Of a stretch of 64,000 nucleotides of DNA, positions 43,262 to 52,580 are shown piece by piece. The translations under genes and the position numbers were made by a program. The notes under the pieces are model-generated. The model did no database searches. It was not told where the DNA came from and saw only the letters and a list, made by a program, of their open reading frames with translations. Origin of the DNA: Candidatus Latescibacterota bacterium (GTDB taxonomy: Bacteria > Latescibacterota > UBA2968 > GCA-2709665); the NCBI GenBank assembly GCA_965237675.1, contig OZ250150.1, forward strand, positions 1,440,001 through 1,504,000, given 5' to 3'. Position 1 is the stretch's first letter, and each line of letters opens with the position of its first letter.

Positions 43262-44320
43262 ATGAACACCATCGATTGTCGCAGGTTTCCTTCAGCTACC
43301 GAGGTGCATCTCTGCCGCGACTGCGGCTATTTTCCCGTTCTCATCCATGTGCGCGGCGAGGAAATCCTGGCCGCGGAACGCGCCGGAGCGGGTCACGTGG
43401 GTGTTAACGGACGCCTGGAGGCGGTTCGTTCGCCGGACGGCGGGCGGACGTGGGGGGCGCCGGTCGTTATTGTGGACACGCAGGTGGACGACCGGAATCC
43501 GGCCGTGGGCGTGGCCCCCGATGGGGCGGTTGTGCTGGCCTACCACGCCCAGGGATCCTATGGCGAAGACGGAAGCTGGATGCCGCAGTTGCGCCGTGTG
43601 CAGATGCGCCTGACCCGTTCCCGGGACGGAGGTCGAACGTGGGAGGACTCCGAACCCCTCGGCTTCAAGGAGATGGAAAAGCACTCCGCGTACGGCCGTA
43701 TTGTCACCCTTCCCGGAGGGACGATGCTGCTACCGCTTTACGGTTCCCATATCCATTCCGGGGACGAGACGGGCGATTGCGCGTATGTTCTGCGTTCGGA
43801 CGACAGCGGGCGGAACTGGGATCGTCCGTCGCTGATTGCCGAAGGGTACAACGAAACGGCCCTGCTCCTGACGTCCGGCGGTGTTCTGCTGGCAGCGATG
43901 CGTTCCGCTGACCGGGGGGGCTTGATCGCGGTGTGTCATTCCACGGACGGCGGGTACACATGGGACGCACCGTTGGAGGTGACCGGCGGACGGGAACACC
44001 CTGCCGACCTGACGTTGCTATCCAACGATTGGATTCTTATGGTGCATGGCGTGCGGCACGAACCTTTCGGCGTGCAGGCCCGCGTGAGCAAAGACGCGGG
44101 GCGGACCTGGAGCGGTCGGCTGATCGTGTGCGATGACCTGGGCGACAGCGATCTGGGGTACCCCTCTACCGTGAGGCTGGGGGAGCGGCTTGTGACGGCC
44201 TATTACAGCGCGCCCAAAGCGTGGAATGCGCCCGACTACGTGGGAAAGGGCGCCTTTGCTCGGTCGCTTCTCTATAGCGAGGTCGACCTGATCGATGCGT
44301 TAACCCGAGATTCCGCATAG
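43262..44320 (+). CDS. BNR/Asp-box sialidase-family protein
   Basis: Five Asp boxes (SPDGGRTW, SRDGGRTW, SDDSGRNW, STDGGYTW, SKDAGRTW); DLGYPS. Confidence 0.85.
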   Translation: MNTIDCRRFPSATEVHLCRDCGYFPVLIHVRGEEILAAERAGAGHVGVNGRLEAVRSPDGGRTWGAPVVIVDTQVDDRNPAVGVAPDGAVVLAYHAQGSYGEDGSWMPQLRRVQMRLTRSRDGGRTWEDSEPLGFKEMEKHSAYGRIVTLPGGTMLLPLYGSHIHSGDETGDCAYVLRSDDSGRNWDRPSLIAEGYNETALLLTSGGVLLAAMRSADRGGLIAVCHSTDGGYTWDAPLEVTGGREHPADLTLLSNDWILMVHGVRHEPFGVQARVSKDAGRTWSGRLIVCDDLGDSDLGYPSTVRLGERLVTAYYSAPKAWNAPDYVGKGAFARSLLYSEVDLIDALTRDSA

Positions 44321-44333
44321 AAGGGAACTTCCG

Positions 44334-45593
44334 ATGAATTTTGGCCGCAAGGTCCAGGAAATCGATACCCTGGTTGAGAAGCACACGACATTTCGCGAAT
44401 GCAGTTTGAACCTTGTCGCGTCGGAGAACAGGCCCAGCCCGCTTGTCGAGCGATTGATCGTGGATGATCTGGACCACAGGTACGGGTCCTATTCCGGTAT
44501 CGATCCGCGAAACCGGGGGTATCCCGGGAATGCGTTCCTCATGCAGATCGAGGAGATGGCCCAGGACCTGGCGAAGCGGCTCTTCGGGGCGGCTTATGTC
44601 GACCTGCGACCGCTCTCGGGGAATATTGCAGGGATTATCGCCGTGTTTGGGCTGGGTCGTCCGGGAGATACGGCACTGGAGGTGCGTAACGGGCACATGT
44701 ATGCCGCCAAGCTGGCGAACTCGGACTTGAAAGTGAACCTGAAGTCGATTCCGATACCATGGGATTGGAAGAAGTACAATATAGATCTGGATCGGACGGT
44801 CTCGCTGATTCGCGAGCACCGTCCCGGACTGGTGATCGTCGGATCGGCGCTTTTCCTTTTTCCCCAGCCGGTACGGGAACTGAAAGACGCGATGAATCGG
44901 TACAGTCCCGGTTCGCACCTGATTTACGATGCGGCCCATGTGATGGGATTGATCGCTGGCGGGCGGTTTCAGTCTCCCCTTAAGGAAGGCGCCGATGTGA
45001 TCATTACGAGTACCCATAAGACGCTTGCCGGTCCGCAGGGGGGAATGATTCTGACCGACAACAAAGACGTTGCCGAGCGCATTGCAAAGGCAACCGTGCC
45101 GTTGATGATCGCCAACCATCACCTGAGCCGCCTGCCGTCGCTTGCGGGCACGTTCCTGGAGTGGATGGCGTGCGGGGAGGCGCATGCGGACGCAATAATC
45201 GGCAATGCCAGGGCGCTGGGCCGGGCGTTCGACGCACAGGGGGTGCCGGTTGTGGGGGCCGAACAGGGGTTCACCGAATCTCACACCGTGCTGCCGATTG
45301 TTGAAGCGTTCGGCGAGGCCGGTACGCTGGCCAGACAGTTGGAGGCGTGTCATATTCTCGTCAATGCGGCCGGCGTTCCGGAAGAACTGGGGACGCACGG
45401 CCTGCGCATCGGCGTGCAGGAGGTGACCCGATACGGCATGACGAAGGCGAACGCGCCTGAGATCGCCGGCTGTATTCTGGATGTGCTGAGCCAGCGGGAC
45501 CCGGCAGGCGCCAGGGAACGGGCGATATCGCTGGCCAGGCAGTTTAACCGGGTGCGTTTTACCCTGGCGGATACCAATTCGGCTGTAACGTGA
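44334..45593 (+). CDS. Serine hydroxymethyltransferase-family PLP enzyme (divergent)
   Basis: LNLVASEN, YDAAHVMGLIAGG, TSTHKTLAGPQGG, GLRIGVQEVTR. Confidence 0.85.
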   Translation: MNFGRKVQEIDTLVEKHTTFRECSLNLVASENRPSPLVERLIVDDLDHRYGSYSGIDPRNRGYPGNAFLMQIEEMAQDLAKRLFGAAYVDLRPLSGNIAGIIAVFGLGRPGDTALEVRNGHMYAAKLANSDLKVNLKSIPIPWDWKKYNIDLDRTVSLIREHRPGLVIVGSALFLFPQPVRELKDAMNRYSPGSHLIYDAAHVMGLIAGGRFQSPLKEGADVIITSTHKTLAGPQGGMILTDNKDVAERIAKATVPLMIANHHLSRLPSLAGTFLEWMACGEAHADAIIGNARALGRAFDAQGVPVVGAEQGFTESHTVLPIVEAFGEAGTLARQLEACHILVNAAGVPEELGTHGLRIGVQEVTRYGMTKANAPEIAGCILDVLSQRDPAGARERAISLARQFNRVRFTLADTNSAVT

Positions 45594-45885
45594 TGGGCGA
45601 CATGTATTCAGGCACGGAATACCGGGTGAAGACCGCAACGCCGGCGATTTCGTTCGATCTTCATCCGCGCCCACGTTGAATTCGTAGGGGTAGCCCATGG
45701 GGTTGTCCACGTATTGGCGGGAACATCGCAGGTTGATTTCGCCGGTCCATATCGTAAACCGGTTTTAGCTGACGGCTGTAAGCTGAATGCTGATCGCTGA
45801 TTGTTGCGACCCATGGGGTTGTCCGCATGGCGACGCGGAACCGATCGACGTTTTGGACTGAGATTCTATACGTAAGGAGGATCCG

Positions 45886-46860
45886 ATGCCTTCAACGAAT
45901 ATTGTGGATCGACTCGAATGTGGCGCCACTCTGCTCCTGGACGGTGGAACAGGCTCCGAACTGCAGCGCAGAGGAATTGACGTGCTGAAAGGCGCCACGG
46001 CCGAGGGCGGGCTCGAGGCCTGGTCCGCCACGGCGAATATCGAAGTGCCCGAAGCGGTCAGGGAGGTCCACCGGGACTACCTGCGAGCGGGCGCCGATAT
46101 TATCATCAGCAACAACTTCTGGACGAGCCCGGCGCGAATGGCGCCGATTGGGCTGGGCGACCGATGGGAAGCATATGCCCGCGCAGCCGCGGAAAACGCG
46201 ATCGCGGCCCGCGACGCCGTAAACCCGGAGGCTTTCGTTGCGGGCGGCATCGCGCCTCCGTGTCTCCAGCGGCAGTCCGAGGGGAGAGAATCGGACGTCG
46301 CAACGATGGGAGAGAAAGCCTTTCGCAGGGAGCTTGGCGACCACGCGAAACTGCTGGCCGGGGTCGGCGTGGACGTGATCTGGGCGGAATACGTGGGGTA
46401 TATCGCGGACTGCGTGGCGGCCGTGGATGCGTGTGCGGAGGCGGGCTTGCCGGTGTTTCTGGGCGTGCGGCATATCCGGGAAGACGGAGGAATGCAATAC
46501 CACGAGCGGCTCGAAGCCCTGGCCGAGTCCCTGGAAGGCCACAGGGTCGACGGGGTTCTGATTATGTGCACGCCGCCGGAGGAAGTCTCGGCCGGACTAC
46601 CGCGCCTTCAGGACGCGTTCGACGGCCCGGTGGGCGCGTACCCCAACATCGGGTACCGTCCCCTGGCGCCGCTCGGATCCGCGGAAGGCGGAGAATCACC
46701 GGATGAGCCGGCCGAAATCTTGCAGCAGGGTGACAACACACCCGAGCGGCTGGGCGCGTTCGCACGGGAGTGGAAGGCGATGGGCGCGCGGATCATCGGC
46801 GGCTGCTGTGCGACGGGGCCGGAGCACATCCGGGCGATGCGACCGGCCGTAAAGGGATGA
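45886..46860 (+). CDS. Homocysteine S-methyltransferase family protein
   Basis: LLLDGGTGSELQRRG, HRDYLRAGADII, GAYPN, IIGGCCATGPEHI. Confidence 0.9.
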   Translation: MPSTNIVDRLECGATLLLDGGTGSELQRRGIDVLKGATAEGGLEAWSATANIEVPEAVREVHRDYLRAGADIIISNNFWTSPARMAPIGLGDRWEAYARAAAENAIAARDAVNPEAFVAGGIAPPCLQRQSEGRESDVATMGEKAFRRELGDHAKLLAGVGVDVIWAEYVGYIADCVAAVDACAEAGLPVFLGVRHIREDGGMQYHERLEALAESLEGHRVDGVLIMCTPPEEVSAGLPRLQDAFDGPVGAYPNIGYRPLAPLGSAEGGESPDEPAEILQQGDNTPERLGAFAREWKAMGARIIGGCCATGPEHIRAMRPAVKG

Positions 46861-47065
46861 GTTCACTCGTGGCGCCGTCGCTGCTTTTGTAGGGGCAACC
46901 CTTGTGGTTGGCCACATAGTGGCGCGTATATCGCTGGTTAACCTCGACGGTCCGTATCGAAAACCGCTGTAGGCGGGGTTGCGGTGTGGTCTTCTCACCT
47001 CTCCCGTCTTACGTCTAACCGCCGTTAGCTGACTGCTGATTTTGCATTAAATTCTTTTTTTCTTC

Positions 47066-47240
47066 GTCCTTTTTCTTGTACGCCCAAGAAAAAGGACCAA
47101 AAAGAACGGCGCCGCTCAGACGCCGCGGGGGCTCCATTTTCCGCAAATCTCCCCTGCGGAGAACACATGAAACGCTGCCCTGCGACCGTTGATGGCGTTC
47201 CAAGGCCACGTTGAAGAACGGATCACCGCGGAAAATGGCC
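47066..47240. repeat. Structured intergenic element C, copy 5
   Basis: Same scaffold; compensatory stem CCATTTTCCGC/GCGGAAAATGG. Confidence 0.8.
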
Positions 47241-47676
47241 TCCCACCTCTCCGCCGGACTTGCGCCAGGTAGAACGTGAAGTATCGCCGCGTGGATTTAC
47301 GGTCGTACCGCCATCCGGTGTTGACTGACTGCAAATTGCTGATCGCTGCGTATTGCTACACCATGGAACGAGGGCTTCCAGCCCTCGTGGCGCCGTCGCT
47401 GCTTTTGTAGGGGCCACCCTTGTGGTTGGCCACATAGTGGCGCGTATATCGTTTGTTGACATCGCAGGTCCTTATTGCTAACCGCTGTAGGCGGGGTTGC
47501 GGTGTGGTCTTCTCACCTCTCCCCTCTTACGTCTAACCGCCGTTAGCTGATCGCTGCCCGCTGAATATTGCAAAATAATATAAAATTTGTATATTTATTA
47601 TATTATAGAGATCGGGCTTTCGTTATTGAGTTCTTGGTAAACTTCCCGATAGAGGTAAAATGGACGGATGCCGTCT

Positions 47677-47946
47677 ATGGTGTTCGAATTCGACGCCCTG
47701 AAGAGCAAGAGAAATATGGAAAAACACGGCATCGATTTCATTGAAGCCCAACAGATCTGGGAGGACTCCGACTTGATTGAGATTCCGGCTCGGGCCGAAG
47801 ATGAACCCAGATTTCTGGTGATCGGCAAGTATAGGGGAATATACTGGTCGGGCATTGTCACGTATCGCGCGGAGAAGACCCGGATCATTTCTGTTCGCCA
47901 TTCCCGAAAGGAGGAGATCGAAATCTATGAAAGCGAAGGAACTTGA
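47677..47946 (+). CDS. BrnT-family toxin
   Basis: FEFDALKSKRNMEKHGIDFIEAQ..EPRFLVIG..RIISVR. Confidence 0.9.
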   Translation: MVFEFDALKSKRNMEKHGIDFIEAQQIWEDSDLIEIPARAEDEPRFLVIGKYRGIYWSGIVTYRAEKTRIISVRHSRKEEIEIYESEGT

Positions 47947-48154
47947 CGAAAAATTCGACAGTGGAGAGGACGTCACCCAGTTCCTGGATCTCGCGGGGGC
48001 GAGAAGACCTGCTCAGGAACCGAAGCGGGTGAACGTCGATTTCCCGATCTGGATGGTTCATTCCCTGGATAAGGAAGCCAGGCGTCTGGGCGTAACGCGG
48101 CAATCGATCATCAAATTCTGGATCGCGGAAAAACTAAAGCTGGTGTCTTCCTGA
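47927..48154 (+). CDS. BrnA/CopG-family antitoxin
   Basis: MKAKELDEKFDSGEDV..KRVNVDFPIWMVHSLDKEARRLGVTRQSIIK. Confidence 0.9.
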   Translation: MKAKELDEKFDSGEDVTQFLDLAGARRPAQEPKRVNVDFPIWMVHSLDKEARRLGVTRQSIIKFWIAEKLKLVSS

Positions 48155-48985
48155 AACGGGTGGGCGAGAGGAGGACCCGTGGAGCCGCAAGCCAATCCGC
48201 GCCGTTTGAGTTTGTAGGGGCAACCCTTGTGGTTGCCCGCGTGAGGGCGCAGACATCGCCGGTCCGCATCGCTAACCGGTATTCCCGCCGGAGGCAGGGA
48301 ATTTGTGGAGATGTGGATTTGGGATCTGGTTTTCGCCTTTTGCTTCAAGCTGTCTGCTGACCGCTAATTGCTGATCGCTGCTTTTGTAGGGCCAACCCTT
48401 GTGGTTGCCCACGTAGTGGCGCGGATATCGCTGGTTAACCTCGACGGTCCGTATCGAAAACCGCTGTAGGCGGGGTTGCGGTGTGGCCTTCTCACCTCTC
48501 CCCTCTTACGTCTAACCGCCGTTAGCTGACTGCTATCCGCTAATTGCTGATCGCTGCGTATTGCTACAGCATGGAACGAGGGCTTCCGGCCCTCGTCGCG
48601 CCGTCGCTGCATTTGTAGGGGCAACCCTTGTGGTTGGCCACATATTGGCGCGGATATCGCTAGTTAACCTCGACGGTCCGTATCGAAAACCGCTGTAGGC
48701 GGGGTTGCGGTGTGGTCTTCTCACCTCTCCCGTCTTACGTCTAACCGCCGTTTGCTGACTGCTGCCCACTGATCGCTGCGTATTGCTACACCATGGAACG
48801 AGGGCTTCCAGACCTCGTGGCGCCGTCGATGATTATTGTAGGGCCAACCCTTGTGGTTGGCCACATATTGGCGCGTATATCGCTGGTTAACCTCGACGGT
48901 CCGTATCGAAAACCGCTGTGGCGGGGTTGCGGTGTGGTCTTCTCACCTCTCCCGTCTTACGTCTAACCGCCGTTAGCTGATCGCT

Positions 48986-49036
48986 GCCCACAAAAAAGAG
49001 ACCGGCGAGGGTACCGCCGGTCTCTTTTTTGTGGGC
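48986..49036. terminator. Bidirectional rho-independent terminator downstream of hsp20
   Basis: GCCCACAAAAAAGAGACCGGCG-loop-CGCCGGTCTCTTTTTTGTGGGC perfect hairpin with A and T tracts. Confidence 0.85.
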
Positions 49037-49051
49037 TTTGTGGGCGCATTG

Positions 49052-49486
49052 TTACGCGATCTCGATCGCCTTCGACGTGGTCGCCTTCAGCTTGGGGAGG
49101 GTCAGCGTGAGCACGCCGTTCTCAAATCCGGCCTTGATCTTCTCCGCGTTCACTTCGGCCGGAAGCGTGAACGACCGGGCAAAGCGTCCGTAGGTCCGCT
49201 CCGACACGTGGAACCGGTTCTCCTTCTCCTCGGCCACGTGGCTCTTCTCGCCCTGGATGGCCAGGACGTCGTTGTCCATGTTCACCTTGATGTCCTTCTT
49301 GGACAGGCCGGGAAGCTCAACGTGAACCAGCAGTTCCGTATCGGTCTCCTGCACGTCCGTCGCCGGACTCCACGTGGACAACACCGGGAGTTCGTGTTGC
49401 GGACCTCTCCAGAAGCTGTCGAAAAAACGATCGATCTCGGGCACGAGCCCAACGCGCCGCCGGGGTTGCCACCTTGTGAGTGTCAT
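49052..49486 (-). CDS. Hsp20/alpha-crystallin small heat-shock protein
   Basis: WSPATDVQET, VELPGL, ERTYGRFARSFTLP, FENGVLTLTLPK; RBS AGGAGG. Confidence 0.93.
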   Translation of the reverse strand: MTLTRWQPRRRVGLVPEIDRFFDSFWRGPQHELPVLSTWSPATDVQETDTELLVHVELPGLSKKDIKVNMDNDVLAIQGEKSHVAEEKENRFHVSERTYGRFARSFTLPAEVNAEKIKAGFENGVLTLTLPKLKATTSKAIEIA

Positions 49487-49587
49487 GGTAATGACCTCCT
49501 GTTGAATGATGGGTTGTTGAAGGAATCTGTCGACTGCGTGTTCTCGAAAGCTGTTGGCCTGCTCTCGAGCACGCACCCATCTCAATT

Positions 49588-49604
49588 CGCAAGCGCTGTG
49601 CCAA
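49588..49604 (-). promoter_or_regulatory. Sigma54 -24/-12 promoter of hsp20
   Basis: Minus strand TTGGCACAGCGCTTGCG matches TGGCAC-N5-TTGC; AT-rich tract upstream. Confidence 0.75.
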
Positions 49605-50016
49605 CGGCGGCCTATTCGGTTCGTTCTATACTTATTTACTTATAAAATAACCATTTAGTAAGATATCCCAGTCATAAACCGGGACAGGTTCGTGGTTAAG
49701 GTCCGAAAATGGCCGCCCTAAATATGACAAAATGACATACACTGCGCCATAGTATGCAAAAATGGCATATATGATGTCGCGTACCGGGGCATATTGACAG
49801 AAACGCCGATATCCGGCCGGTAATGGATATTCGTGAACGATTCATTCCGGTTCCGCCGCATCAAAAAAAAAACCCGGACCCACGTGGGAATCCGGGGGCT
49901 CCGGAACCAATCATCCGGAGGGAGGATATGCGCCTTGTCTTGCAGGCGATTCGATACGCCCGACCCGAAGGAACAGGGACACAAAGCGTGTTACTACTTG
50001 TGTATTGCACAAGAGA

Positions 50017-50285
50017 TTATGGATGACCGTCATCCATAACTTCCTGCAAATCTGATGCAACGTCAACAAATAAGCGGGGCTGGCCGCTCTCTTGAATTTT
50101 CTCGAGCTTCGTTCGTTGCTCGATCTTGTAACGCAAACCAATATCCTGGCTCTCGAGGAAATTCCCCCACTCGACACTGTTTCTGAATTCTATAAACTGT
50201 TTCTCTGGTACATTGTAAATCAAAGCCTTCTTATTTTGCGTAAGCAGGCGGAAGAGATTGAGCATGGTTCCAACACTCTTTCCAT
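50017..50285 (-). pseudogene. 3' fragment of an unknown gene truncated at the IS1595 end
   Basis: Open frame starts at the element boundary and has no independent start context. Confidence 0.4.
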
Positions 50286-50315
50286 GGGAATTATATACCA
50301 AAGTAAACACCGGAT

Positions 50316-51782
50316 TTAAGCAATTGCTTTCATCTTGGCTTTGAGGTATTCCATTGGGCGGTCGCCTTTAACACGGTTGCAATGCCCACAAAGGAGTTGC
50401 AGATTCTCCCGCTCGTGACTGCCGCCTTGTGATTTAGGTATGAAATGGTCGATTTCCAAATGTTGGACCTCGAATTTCGTAAAACAACCGTAGCATTTTG
50501 AATTTTGCTTTCCGAATAGGTGGAATTTGTCTTCCTCTGTTGGTGCTTTCTTGTGCGGGATGTCGGTTCTTGTTGGAACATTTGTTCTGAAGATAGGTTC
50601 GCCCCGGAACAAGTCGGACGGTACTTCTTTCACGAGACGTTCTTTAACCAGGTCGTATGCTTTGTGTGATACATCAATACCTATCCATTGCCTTTGAAGA
50701 TTTTCGGCGGCGATACAGGTCGTTGCGCAACCACAGAAGGGGTCGGGAACGATATTCCCTTTGTTGGAACTGGCATTTAGGATGCGATCCATTAGCGCAA
50801 GGGGCTTCTGTGTTGGATAGCCCACACATTCGCGTCTGGATGGGGGGTGGATATCTGTCCATATATCCTGTAAGGGTACACCCGGCATTTCGTCCAGATA
50901 GCGTTTATATCTAGGCATGCCTGTCTGGGAGTAGACAATCCTGCCTTCACGTGCGAATTCGTGCATTTTTTCCTTGGAATAAGCCCAGGAACGGCCTCGG
51001 TATGGAGGGACGCCTTTATATTCCCAGTTTGGTTCAGGATTTTCCCATTGGTTGCGAAGATCGCTTTCCCAATCGTCACCCCGTAGGCGCTTGACCCTCC
51101 ATTCGTATAGAGTGTCGCCTCCAGGTTTAGCGGCTGTCAGGTTATCCTTTTGGTAATGGCGATTTGTTTCTGGTTCAACGAACCGATAGGTATTCTCAAC
51201 ATAGTCCTTGTCATATTTGGTAAAGACGGGGTTCCAGCACCAGTTGTTGGTTTTTGTGTAGAAGAGTATTATATCGTGTATCCTGCCATGCAGTTTTCTG
51301 CCCTGTTTGGTGTCGCTATGTGCGGTTGTTCGTTTCCAACTTATTTCTGTACGAAAGTTTTCCACGCCGAAAACAGTATCCATGAGCAGTTTTAGATAAT
51401 GACTGGCCGTGGGGTCACAATGGAGGTAGATGCTTCCTGTCTCCTTTAAGATTCTACCCATCTCCATCAACCGCACGGCCATGTAGATAAGGTAGTATTT
51501 GGCCGAACTGCTTCCAATATCGCCCACTGAATCGAGATATTTATACAACTTAGGGTATTTGTCAATTATCTGATTATGCCATTCATCTTTGACACTATCC
51601 GGCGTCCAGATATCGGAAAAGTCAGCGCCTTCGGCGGTTGTACCGATCGGCGCATGGAACTGGCGTCCCTTATTGAACGGCGGGTCCAGGTATATGAGGT
51701 CTATTGAGTCACTGTTCAGGCCCCGGAGGATGGGTAGGTTGTCATGACAGAAAATTGTTCTTGGCTTTGCATTCAGGTTCAT
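50316..51782 (-). CDS. Beta-class N4/N6 DNA methyltransferase fused to a C-terminal HNH nuclease
   Basis: LIYLDPPFN, YPTQKP, DPFCGCATT; CYGC..DHFIPKSQGG..NLQLLCGHCNRVKG. Confidence 0.92.
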   Translation of the reverse strand: MNLNAKPRTIFCHDNLPILRGLNSDSIDLIYLDPPFNKGRQFHAPIGTTAEGADFSDIWTPDSVKDEWHNQIIDKYPKLYKYLDSVGDIGSSSAKYYLIYMAVRLMEMGRILKETGSIYLHCDPTASHYLKLLMDTVFGVENFRTEISWKRTTAHSDTKQGRKLHGRIHDIILFYTKTNNWCWNPVFTKYDKDYVENTYRFVEPETNRHYQKDNLTAAKPGGDTLYEWRVKRLRGDDWESDLRNQWENPEPNWEYKGVPPYRGRSWAYSKEKMHEFAREGRIVYSQTGMPRYKRYLDEMPGVPLQDIWTDIHPPSRRECVGYPTQKPLALMDRILNASSNKGNIVPDPFCGCATTCIAAENLQRQWIGIDVSHKAYDLVKERLVKEVPSDLFRGEPIFRTNVPTRTDIPHKKAPTEEDKFHLFGKQNSKCYGCFTKFEVQHLEIDHFIPKSQGGSHERENLQLLCGHCNRVKGDRPMEYLKAKMKAIA

Positions 51783-52011
51783 GCTAAACCCCTCTATGAT
51801 AAGCCACTAAAAAACCGTTTAACAGCGTGACGCGGATTACGGGATTTTTGCTTGTCATTTAAATATCTTTTTAGTATCTTTTGGTTAGATTATAACCATA
51901 ATGGCGGGCAATTCCCAAATATTTATAACTTTACAATCAAGCCATATCTTCTTATCTTAGAGGATGTTACATAAATAAGTCTATTCAGGAACCAGCCCAG
52001 CGGAGGGTACG

Positions 52012-52167
52012 ATGGAAACTCAAAAGGCTCGAAAACGCGGAAGGCCGATAGAGAAACCCATGCCGGAAAAAATCGACCTGGACCCGGAAGAGGTGGCCAA
52101 GGTTCTGATGCGAACACCGATCAAGGATACGACGCAATGGCGGTATCTGGAGAAGAAAACAGTTTAG
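52012..52167 (+). CDS. Small basic hypothetical protein (51 aa) inside IS1595, below the ORF-track cutoff
   Basis: METQKARKRGRPIEKPMPEKIDLDPEEVAKVLMRTP..; RBS GGAGGG. Confidence 0.55.
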   Translation: METQKARKRGRPIEKPMPEKIDLDPEEVAKVLMRTPIKDTTQWRYLEKKTV

Positions 52168-52580
52168 AAGATCGAGATCCTTTGTGGAGCATCAAATCAG
52201 AAGACAGGGCGCTGTTTAATGGTATTTCCTTTATTTCATTTCTCGTGTGTGTAGCGATTATGGTTGTTGTTCCGTTGTTTAGCGAGAAGAGGCCGACTTT
52301 TGATGCTGCAATTAAGGCTGCCATTACAAGTGCTGGCGCGTCGGTCGTTTTCGCTTTCGTCGTTTTAGGAGGTAAAGACACAATGGGGGCCTTGACAGAG
52401 TGGGTCAGGAAAAGGAATTTCGAGCAGGGGGAAAAGGCGGGGATCGAAAAGGGGATCGAAAAGGGGATCGAAAAGGGGATCGATCAAAGGGATCAGCAGT
52501 GGAACGCATACTTGAAGCAGAAAGGAATAGATGTACCAAGTCCCCCTCCGCCACCTGATAAGAATACAGCTAAGCAATAA
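52137..52580 (+). CDS. Hypothetical membrane protein with GIEK tandem repeats
   Basis: Two TM segments, then a 12-bp tandem repeat GGGATCGAAAAG; internal AGGAGG-ATG at 52382. Confidence 0.5.
   Translation: MAVSGEENSLEDRDPLWSIKSEDRALFNGISFISFLVCVAIMVVVPLFSEKRPTFDAAIKAAITSAGASVVFAFVVLGGKDTMGALTEWVRKRNFEQGEKAGIEKGIEKGIEKGIDQRDQQWNAYLKQKGIDVPSPPPPPDKNTAKQ

Larger units (their letters stand above)
46866..48989. repeat. Array of ~220-bp composite REP-containing units flanking brnTA
   Basis: Units at about 46866, 47338, 48210 (partial), 48369, 48547 and 48769 sharing GTAGGGGCAACCCTTGTGGTTGGCC..GGTCCGTATCGAAAACCG..CTCACCTCTCCCGTCTTACGTCTAACC. Confidence 0.9.

Noticed and set aside
46866-48989. CRISPR array
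   Set aside because: Units are ~220 bp and similar along their whole length, with no unique spacers and no cas genes in the window
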